Shown one piece after another: positions 39,529 through 46,951 of a stretch of DNA of 64,000 nt. This DNA comes from an uncultured Pelagibacteraceae bacterium (GTDB lineage: Bacteria > Pseudomonadota > Alphaproteobacteria > Pelagibacterales > Pelagibacteraceae), in contig CACKUZ010000002.1 of assembly GCA_902603475.1 (NCBI GenBank), positions 4,588 through 68,587 on the forward strand, given 5' to 3'. The notes under the pieces were generated by a model. That model was not told where the DNA came from. It made no database searches and was given only the letters and a program-made list of their open reading frames with translations. Every line of letters starts with the position of its first letter. The stretch's first letter is position 1. A program made the position numbers and the translations under genes.

Positions 39529-40092
39529 TCAAGCATTCTTATAAGTTATCAATGAAATAAATAAGTCTCTCAACTTTATCATTTCTTCTGATGGGTCAGG
39601 ATTATAGTCATTGATTTCTTTTAATAATTCATTTGGACTAGCATCACAAATATTTGTCTCATCTAAGTATTGAGCTGCACTTAATAACCAGAATTTCTTT
39701 GCAATTATTAAATCCTGCTCTAAACCAACAACACCTGAGTAATAGAAAAAGCCCATATTATAACTTGCTGTTGCACATCCTAAATCAGATGCACGTTGTG
39801 TCCAGTATAATGCTTCCTCATTTATTTTTGGAGCTCCAAACTCACCAGAAAAATAAACCCACCCTACAGTAGTCATCGCATTCACCTGATCTTGCTCAGC
39901 AGCCATGTTTAAATACTTTATTGCTTTATCAATATTTTTCTCAAAACCTTCCATGCCATAAAGGTATGCATACCCAACATTATTTTGAGCAATTGGATCA
40001 CCGTTATCTGCCTCATTAATTAGTTCTTGATTTCCATAAGAGGTAGATTGAAGACAAATTGTAATAATAAGAAATAATATTATTCTTTTCAT
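39529..40092 (-). CDS. Exported Sel1-repeat (SLR/TPR) protein
   Basis: Signal peptide; three repeats of the form A..NVG..Y..G..G..K....A..Y...AA. Confidence 0.88.
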   Translation of the reverse strand: MKRIILFLIITICLQSTSYGNQELINEADNGDPIAQNNVGYAYLYGMEGFEKNIDKAIKYLNMAAEQDQVNAMTTVGWVYFSGEFGAPKINEEALYWTQRASDLGCATASYNMGFFYYSGVVGLEQDLIIAKKFWLLSAAQYLDETNICDASPNELLKEINDYNPDPSEEMIKLRDLFISLITYKNA

Positions 40093-40101
40093 AAGGATAT
40101 A

Positions 40102-40980
40102 TTAGCACTTATCATTGTGTTTTAAATATTCATTATTTATATCAGTTTGATGAATAGTACCCTGCAGGTTAAAATTTCTACTAACAAAATAATCTTCCCA
40201 AAGAACTTTAAGTGATTTATCTAAAGATTTATGAGTTTCACATCTATTATTAAGATAGACTAATTTAAGATCTATACCTTCACCGTTTGGAGATGTTGCT
40301 AACAAATAGTCCTTATCACTCAAATTTTGCATGAAAATATCAAAAGTTGGGCATTTGGCGTTTGATGAATTTGCATTACATGCTCTATAAAAAGATAATC
40401 TTTCAGTATTTTGCATAAGATCAGATACAATAATTAATTCTCTTTTAGAATGTTTGCTCCCAAAATCTGATTTAGGATTTTGAAAAATATAGGCAATAGT
40501 TTCATAAATATAACTATATTTTGAGTGTTTTTTTGATGAAAATATTTTATTATGCAAATCATTTCCTTCGTTAAAAAATCTGTTTGAGTAATTCTCTAAA
40601 ACTTTTTTATTTTCAAAAAATGAAGCCTTTTCTAACTTGTTAAAATTTTTATTTCCAGTTTTTGGTCTACATTTACTGAATAAGAATTTTTGCTTTGTAG
40701 GTTCATTATTATCTATTAAAAAATACGAAAATTTTGTGAACGGATCATAAGATAGGTAAAATTCTTCTGAAAAAACTTGATTTTTTACAAATTCAATTCT
40801 TGCATTATCTAATTTTGTAGTCAGATCAATTACAATGATTACATGACCATGTTTACCACCTTTATTATCACAAAAATTATTTTGATCTATTTCTTTTGGA
40901 ATATTTGGTAAACTTGCAAAACTTTTTGTTGTAAGTAATAATATTGCAAGTATTACACTAGTTAGTATTGTATTTTTCAT
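40102..40980 (-). CDS. Exported Cys-containing protein with vWA-like fold
   Basis: AAGGAG RBS and ATG at 40980, signal peptide; VIIVIDLT, SYIYETI, LIIVSDLMQN match vWA strand/loop patterns. Confidence 0.6.
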   Translation of the reverse strand: MKNTILTSVILAILLLTTKSFASLPNIPKEIDQNNFCDNKGGKHGHVIIVIDLTTKLDNARIEFVKNQVFSEEFYLSYDPFTKFSYFLIDNNEPTKQKFLFSKCRPKTGNKNFNKLEKASFFENKKVLENYSNRFFNEGNDLHNKIFSSKKHSKYSYIYETIAYIFQNPKSDFGSKHSKRELIIVSDLMQNTERLSFYRACNANSSNAKCPTFDIFMQNLSDKDYLLATSPNGEGIDLKLVYLNNRCETHKSLDKSLKVLWEDYFVSRNFNLQGTIHQTDINNEYLKHNDKC

Positions 40981-42409
40981 ATAACTCCTTTTGTTTGTTG
41001 ATTGATGATTGTTGCAATCCCTCGATTTCTTTCTCAGAATTTTTGAAGTTTTGATCAATTGTTTCTAGGAATTTTAATTTTCTATTTTCTCTTTCCTCAT
41101 CTGACATGTAATGAAAAGAAACATCTGGAAAGACTTTAATAGGATCTTTAACTTCCTCAGAAAGTTGAAATTCATTATTAAAGTAAGATGGAGGATTAGA
41201 ATTTCTTACTTTAATATTTTCTTTTCTGTATTCGTCAATGATATGTTTTGAGCCTCTTTCAACAGCACCAACTTTTTGCTCATAATTTACAAGTTCTTTT
41301 TGAATAACGTTAGTATTTGAATCCCAATAATTAAGCTCTTTATCTCTGATACTATCAAAAGTTTCTTGCAGCTTTTTATTGTGATCAGAGAAAAGTTTAG
41401 AAATATCTTTTGCATATGATGTGAATGATTTTCTTATTTTGTCTCTATAATTATTTACTTTTTGTCCAACATTTCCATATCCAGGGTAAGTGTCATTATA
41501 AAGAAATCCACTTATTATGGATAATGCTGCAAAGAATAATCCAACAAAAGTAAGAATTACTCCAACAAACATGAATTCAATTTCACCACTCCAAGGCTTT
41601 ATTACCTTTGATAATGCCTCTAAGCTTTGTTCAGGTGATAAACTGTTGCCAGTAGAACCACTACCATATAGTTTTTGGAACATTTCCTCTGATTTTGATC
41701 TGTAAGCTCCTAAGCACATATTTAAATAAACAATAAATGTTGTGTAAATTAATGCGAAAATTCCCCATAGAATTTTAATTTTTTTTTCTAAATGTGTAAT
41801 TTTTTTGAAAATGTAATAACCTGCTAAGCCACTGGCTACACAATTTAAAAATGCTATAGCAACTGCAACGGAAATACCCTCTGCAGGACCACCAACAAGT
41901 GCTCCTTGCAACATAAAACCGTTCATTACAACTTCAGCTACAAATAAAACTAGTATAAGTCCTAAATGTTTGACTGTATTACCAAAAGTTGAAGAATTCG
42001 GCTCTCTACTTATTTGATGGTATTTTCTAAATTGATTTTGCTCTTCCTTAAAAGTTTTATAATTATTATGTAAATCATTTAAGGCTATTTCTTTTTCATT
42101 AGCTTTTGAATGAAATTTAGCATCTAAGCTATTTACAATCGGTTCAAAATGATTTTGTTTTAAAAAACTTGATAGTTTATTTTGATTTGTCTCAACATTA
42201 TCTAAGTATTTTCTTAATTTTTCCTGATGATTCAAGATGTAGGTTTCACCCTCCTGTTTAATTTCCCCTTCGGTAATACTTCCATTGCTTAAAGCACATG
42301 GTTCTTCAACTAATGCCTCCCTTTTTGCAACACCTCTTATGTCATGTTTTTTTTCTATTTTCTCTACAGAAAATTTATCCCATTTAAATGTATCTAGTAT
42401 TTGTTTCAT
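40958..42409 (-). CDS. Membrane protein with central 4-TM block flanked by coiled coils
   Basis: Helical K/E/Q-rich N- and C-terminal regions, four TM segments, D.YPGYG motif; AAAGGA RBS. Confidence 0.8.
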   Translation of the reverse strand: MKQILDTFKWDKFSVEKIEKKHDIRGVAKREALVEEPCALSNGSITEGEIKQEGETYILNHQEKLRKYLDNVETNQNKLSSFLKQNHFEPIVNSLDAKFHSKANEKEIALNDLHNNYKTFKEEQNQFRKYHQISREPNSSTFGNTVKHLGLILVLFVAEVVMNGFMLQGALVGGPAEGISVAVAIAFLNCVASGLAGYYIFKKITHLEKKIKILWGIFALIYTTFIVYLNMCLGAYRSKSEEMFQKLYGSGSTGNSLSPEQSLEALSKVIKPWSGEIEFMFVGVILTFVGLFFAALSIISGFLYNDTYPGYGNVGQKVNNYRDKIRKSFTSYAKDISKLFSDHNKKLQETFDSIRDKELNYWDSNTNVIQKELVNYEQKVGAVERGSKHIIDEYRKENIKVRNSNPPSYFNNEFQLSEEVKDPIKVFPDVSFHYMSDEERENRKLKFLETIDQNFKNSEKEIEGLQQSSINKQKELYEKYNTN

Positions 42410-42458
42410 ATTTTTCCTTTCTATAAATTAATATTTAGCAATAAATTTTTAAATTTCT

Positions 42459-42486
42459 TGTCCACATATAGATTTTTTTTTGGACA
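42459..42486. promoter_or_regulatory. Palindromic operator 1: TGTCCA-N16-TGGACA
   Basis: Perfect inverted hexamers 49 bp upstream of the 42409 start; two more copies at 42815 and 42849. Confidence 0.65.
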
Positions 42487-42508
42487 ACTTATTTTTTGAA
42501 TTTGAAAT

Positions 42509-42781
42509 TTAATGAGCATCATAATTATATCCTCTTGCAAGCATGCAGTTTTGAAAAACAGCGTTGAATTGAGTTATTTCATTAATGACAATATTGGTTT
42601 CTTCCAGGGTACACATTAATGGGTTTTTACAGATATACCCTGGATGCTTGGATCTTGCTAAAGATTTACAAAATGTAGTGTCATAAACTAAATCCGAATT
42701 GTCACCATCTCTACTTGAATAAGTTCCATTTGCACATCCATATATAAAAGAGAATATAATTAATAAAATAATTTTTTTCAC
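42509..42781 (-). CDS. Small Cys-rich lipoprotein
   Basis: GTG start, lipobox IYGC, four more Cys, C-terminal CM.ARGY. Confidence 0.75.
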   Translation of the reverse strand: MKKIILLIIFSFIYGCANGTYSSRDGDNSDLVYDTTFCKSLARSKHPGYICKNPLMCTLEETNIVINEITQFNAVFQNCMLARGYNYDAH

Positions 42782-42814
42782 ACTTTCAATTTATAAATTT
42801 AATAAAAAAAATCC

Positions 42815-42876
42815 TGTCCTATTTAAATTTTTTTTTTGGACATAAGGTTGTGCAAAAATTTTATTTATCGTGGACA
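42815..42876. promoter_or_regulatory. Tandem palindromic operators 2 and 3
   Basis: TGTCCT-N16-TGGACA (42815-42842) and TGTGCA-N16-TGGACA (42849-42876) in the divergent intergenic region. Confidence 0.65.
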
Positions 42877-42939
42877 AGAAATTTTAAATTAATTGTTTAG
42901 ATATAAGTCATGACAAACAAACAACAAAAGGAGATAACA

Positions 42940-43152
42940 ATGAAAAAAACAAAAACTAAAGCTAGAGAAAATAACACCTCTGTATTTGAAGTATTAGGTG
43001 TACTATTTATCATATTTGCTATAGCAGACTTTGCTACATCTTGGATGGGGATTAACCTTACACCATTTATGGGATCTGCCTCTAGATTCTCACCAATTAT
43101 ATTTGGTCTTATTGGATCTGCATTAATGAATATTAATAAGCAAAGTGGCTAA
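42940..43152 (+). CDS. Small 2-TM membrane protein
   Basis: AAGGAG RBS before the ATG at 42940; two hydrophobic helices. Confidence 0.7.
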   Translation: MKKTKTKARENNTSVFEVLGVLFIIFAIADFATSWMGINLTPFMGSASRFSPIIFGLIGSALMNINKQSG

Positions 43153-43162
43153 TTTATTAAAA

Positions 43163-43184
43163 TCTCCCCTTGAAATAGGGGAGA
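43163..43184. terminator. GC-rich hairpin
   Basis: TCTCCCCT-tgaaat-AGGGGAGA; the T-rich tail is only on the minus strand. Confidence 0.55.
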
Positions 43185-43194
43185 GCAAAAATTA

Positions 43195-43452
43195 ATGACT
43201 AAATTAATTATAACAATATTTTTAAAGTTATCTTACTTAACTAAATCTTTATTCGCAGTTGTTTTAGGTTTCTTTGATGACTTAATTAAGTTCTTTGATG
43301 ACATAGGTCTATATATTTTACATTCGATTAGATCCATTAGGTTTGAAGAAATCAGAGAATATATTTCTGAAAATTATATAACAATAATATTTATTATTAT
43401 TCTGGTTATCTTAATTTATTCAACATTTTTAAATAAAAAAAAATATGAATAA
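43195..43452 (+). CDS. Small membrane protein
   Basis: 85 aa with a C-terminal TM; overlaps the next start. Confidence 0.55.
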   Translation: MTKLIITIFLKLSYLTKSLFAVVLGFFDDLIKFFDDIGLYILHSIRSIRFEEIREYISENYITIIFIIILVILIYSTFLNKKKYE

Positions 43453-43645
43453 AATTTGGTTATTAATATTTTTGTTGTTTTTTTATTCTTGCGATAATTA
43501 CCAATCCCTGGATCCAAAAGTTAAAAAGTCATCAAGTGGTATATGTCATAAAAAAGGATCCCAATATTATCAACAAACTGAAAAGTACTTAAGTTTTAAT
43601 ACAATTAGAGAGTGTTTAGATAGCGGTGGCAGATTACCAAGATAG
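43445..43645 (+). CDS. Small lipoprotein with VKKSSSGICH...ECL.SGGRLP domain
   Basis: Lipobox FYSC; Cys/His/Cys pattern. Confidence 0.7.
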   Translation: MNKIWLLIFLLFFYSCDNYQSLDPKVKKSSSGICHKKGSQYYQQTEKYLSFNTIRECLDSGGRLPR

Positions 43646-43700
43646 GTAAATAATTATTAAAACTATTCAAATTCTGCAATTTTTTAGATATCATTAAAAT

Positions 43701-45153
43701 ATGCAATTTCTTAAAAAACTTAATGTTGCTCTAATAATATTATTTTCCTTTATAACATTTACTCAGGCTGAAACTTCTTGGATTACGAAAAAAAAAAGAT
43801 AAAGATAAAACAGAGAAAACTACAAAAGTTGTTGAAAAGAATTCTTCAGAATGGATTAAGAAAAAAGAGGTTAAAGAAAATAAGAAAAAATATAAAAGTG
43901 ATGAAAAAAAAATTACAAAAGAAGTAAAATCATGGATAACAAAAAAATCTAAAGATAAGTATATAAAGGGTATAGAAAATCTTCCAGATGCAGCAATATA
44001 TTTTACAGCTTCAAATGAAGATAAGAGCTTATTAGTTTATGGATATGTATTACCAGATAACAATTCAAAATTAATAGGTGGATATTACGAGACTAGTAAA
44101 GGTTTTGGTTATTTTAATGATGGAAAAACTACCTGTAAATTAGGTTCAACAATTATTGATGTCTCATCTGGTGAAGTAACTGCTCGAGTCTCAGGAGAAT
44201 GCACTGATGGAACAAAGTTTGCGGGAAAAACATCTCAAACTCAAAACTCAGGAGATGGTTATGCTAGAACAAAAGATGGTAAAGATAAATTTTTCTTTGA
44301 TTTTAATATTCAAAGAGCAGAAATTGCAAAAATATTTGAAAATAATTTAGAGTTATTGAAAAATCCTCCTAAAACAATGTTAACACAAAATGAACCATTT
44401 GATGATAACTTACTTGATTTAGAAATAACAGGTAAATATTATGCGTTGTTAATCGGTAATTCCAACTATGAGCCTTATGCTCAGTGGGCTAGTTTAAATT
44501 CACCAAAAAATGATGTTTTAGCAATTTCTAAAGTTTTAAAAAATAAATTTAAATTTGAAAAAGTAATCACAGTGGTTGATGCAAATAAGCAAAAAATTAT
44601 AGATAGCCTTAATGCATTAGCTGATATTACAACCGATACAGATTATGTTTTAATTTATTATTCTGGTCATGGGGAAAGAATATCTAATTCTACTTATTGG
44701 ATACCTATAGATGGTCCAAAAAAATGGAGGTATGATAGTTGGATCAGTATATCCGAGATTAGTAATTTTATTGAAAATATTAATGCCCATGATTTGGTTT
44801 TAATGGTTGATTCTTGTTACACAGGATCAGCTTTCAAGGGAACTAATGTAGATGACTTAAAAACAAAAAGTTATAATCATTTTAAACAATTAGCTCAAAA
44901 GTTATTAGATCGAAGATCTAGATATGTGTTATCTTCAGGCGGGAATGAACCAGTCGATGATACATTTGATGGCAAACACTCAATATTTGCTAAAAGTTTT
45001 CTAAATTCATTAGAAACAGCTGCTGTAATTAACATGGAATCAATTTATAGAATAATTGATAGGGCACATGGCGAGATGGACCAAAGACCTTATCTTTATT
45101 CTCCAGAAAGATGGGGACATGGCGGTGGTGATTTTATTTTTGTATCAAAATAA
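43701..45153 (+). pseudogene. Exported caspase-family (peptidase C14) protein interrupted by a frameshift in an A10 run
   Basis: The ATG at 43701 with its signal peptide stops at TAA 43800-43802; removing one A from 43788-43797 joins an open frame to 45153 (483 aa) with YALLIGN, YYSGHG, VDSCY. Confidence 0.8.
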
Positions 45154-45157
45154 CAAT

Positions 45158-46438
45158 ATGAAATTGAAAATTTTAAGTACTATATTATTTATATCATTTA
45201 TTTTTAACGCAAATGCTTTTGATATTAGAGAAGCAAATAATCTTAAAAAAATATCTAAAGCTTCTTATCAAATTAACAATACAAATTTAGTAGATAGTCA
45301 AAATGCTAAAAATTTATTATTAGAAATTATCAATCTTAATAAAGCATCTATTCAAAAGGGGAATGAACTAATCAAAAAAAATAAAAATAGAAAAAGGCCC
45401 AAATACAAGGGCGCTGAAGATATTTACTCAGATTATGCTCCAAGTGTAGTATTTATTGGAAATGAACATAATGGCTCCATTAGAGGTACAGGATCAGGTT
45501 TTGTAGTTTATAAAAATGGTCTTAAGATAATTACCAATTGGCATGTTGTAGATAATGCAGAGAATATCCATATTTGGTTAAAGCCAAAAGAAATGGTGGA
45601 TGCAAATTACTTAATTTATAAAGTTGACTCATACAAGGGTAACTTAATTAAAATAAATAAGACGAAAGATCTTGCCATGGTAGAGGTTGTAGGTTTGCCC
45701 CTAAAAGTCACGCCTGTAACCTTTGGAAAATTTAACAAGATAAGACCTGGTCAAAACTCATTTGCTATTGGTCATCCTAATGAGCTGCTATGGACTTTTA
45801 CATCAGGAATGGTAAGCCAAGTAAGACCAAATTTTAATTGGAATTATAAAGGTTCAAAACATAAAGCTAATGTAATTCAAACAACAGCAACTATAAACCC
45901 AGGTAATTCTGGAGGACCTCTTTTTAATAAAAATAAAGAATTAATTGGAGTAAATACGTTTACAAGCGAAGGTCAGAATTTAAATTTTGCTATTGCGGTA
46001 GATGATGTTGTCAAATTTTTAAATGAAAAGGCTAAACCAATTAAAAAGAAAAAGAGCAAATATATTCAAAAAAAAGATAAAGGTAATACTTGGATAACAA
46101 AAAAGAAAAAGAAAAGCTCATCAAATGAAACGATTGATTTAAAAGATGCTCTTGAGGCAGATTTAGATGAAAATGGTACCATAGATGCTTGGCTGATTGA
46201 TAAAAATAAAAATGGAGTTTATGAGATAGCATATGGAGATCAAAATGAAGATGGAGTTTTAGATATCGCTGCAATGGATGAAAATGAAGATGGTAATTTT
46301 GAATTAATTTTTTTCGATAAGGACGGTAATGGAAATCCAGAAAAAGCAGAGATTGATCAAAATGAGGATGGTAAAACGGATGTTATTGCTTATGACTATA
46401 ATGAAGATGGGAAGTGGGATAAATACGAGAAAGTTTAG
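45158..46438 (+). CDS. Exported trypsin-like (S1C) serine protease with C-terminal Dx[DN]x[DN]G repeats
   Basis: Signal peptide from the ATG at 45158; GTGSGF, TNWHVV, KDLA, NPGNSGGP; seven 11-aa acidic repeats. Confidence 0.9.
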   Translation: MKLKILSTILFISFIFNANAFDIREANNLKKISKASYQINNTNLVDSQNAKNLLLEIINLNKASIQKGNELIKKNKNRKRPKYKGAEDIYSDYAPSVVFIGNEHNGSIRGTGSGFVVYKNGLKIITNWHVVDNAENIHIWLKPKEMVDANYLIYKVDSYKGNLIKINKTKDLAMVEVVGLPLKVTPVTFGKFNKIRPGQNSFAIGHPNELLWTFTSGMVSQVRPNFNWNYKGSKHKANVIQTTATINPGNSGGPLFNKNKELIGVNTFTSEGQNLNFAIAVDDVVKFLNEKAKPIKKKKSKYIQKKDKGNTWITKKKKKSSSNETIDLKDALEADLDENGTIDAWLIDKNKNGVYEIAYGDQNEDGVLDIAAMDENEDGNFELIFFDKDGNGNPEKAEIDQNEDGKTDVIAYDYNEDGKWDKYEKV

Positions 46439-46440
46439 TG

Positions 46441-46905
46441 TTATCTTTTATCAACAGTTATTTTAATTTTATTAATTTTCTCCTCTAAATTTTTTATAGC
46501 TTCCATAATTTCTTTTTTTTCTAAAGCAGAAATATCTTTACCCAAATCACTTTTTGGATCCTCTGATTGTTTTACAACCTCGGTTAACTTTCCATGCAAT
46601 ATAGTTGATTTAACTAACATTTCATCGATATCATTATCTCTATGACTTTCTAAGTCTTCATATGAATTTGCAACTATATATTCATGTGCCCTTATTAAAG
46701 GAGGCATCATCCCTTTTTTTATACAAGCTAAATCAAGTTTTACAGAATCATTATGATCAATTTCCTGTTGTTGTTGTGGGTCACTACATTTTCTTAGATA
46801 TGAAGATGATTTTCCAATGGTAGCAAAAATTTCTTGTTCACTAAGGTTTTTAAGAATTTGCATAATTCCATCCTCGACAGATCCAACTTTGCGTATTTTA
46901 GCCAT
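46441..46905 (-). CDS. Putative HTH DNA-binding protein (phage CII-regulator-like architecture)
   Basis: ATG at 46905 (MAKIRK); IFATIGKSSSYLRKCSDP HTH-like segment; C-terminal helical hairpin ISALEKKEI..AI. Confidence 0.55.
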   Translation of the reverse strand: MAKIRKVGSVEDGIMQILKNLSEQEIFATIGKSSSYLRKCSDPQQQQEIDHNDSVKLDLACIKKGMMPPLIRAHEYIVANSYEDLESHRDNDIDEMLVKSTILHGKLTEVVKQSEDPKSDLGKDISALEKKEIMEAIKNLEEKINKIKITVDKR

Positions 46906-46951
46906 AAAATTTATAATATTTATATTAATAAACTTTATGTATAGTAACAAG

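Noticed and set aside
40981-41058. Extended start of the vWA-like gene (and similar over-extended starts at 3070, 13831, 38258, 38953, 45056, 55612)
   Set aside because: Downstream starts have an RBS and/or place the signal peptide at the N-terminus, and they remove long overlaps.
44356-45153. Stand-alone cytoplasmic 265-aa caspase starting at TTG 44356
   Set aside because: There is no RBS, the frame stays open ~560 nt upstream with protein-like sequence, and it connects to a signal peptide across the A10 run. An internal start cannot be fully excluded.
46817-46951. Extended overlapping starts for the pLGIC (46817) and the HTH gene (46950)
   Set aside because: They create a head-to-head overlap; the ATGs at 46952 and 46905 give a signal peptide and a clean divergent pair.
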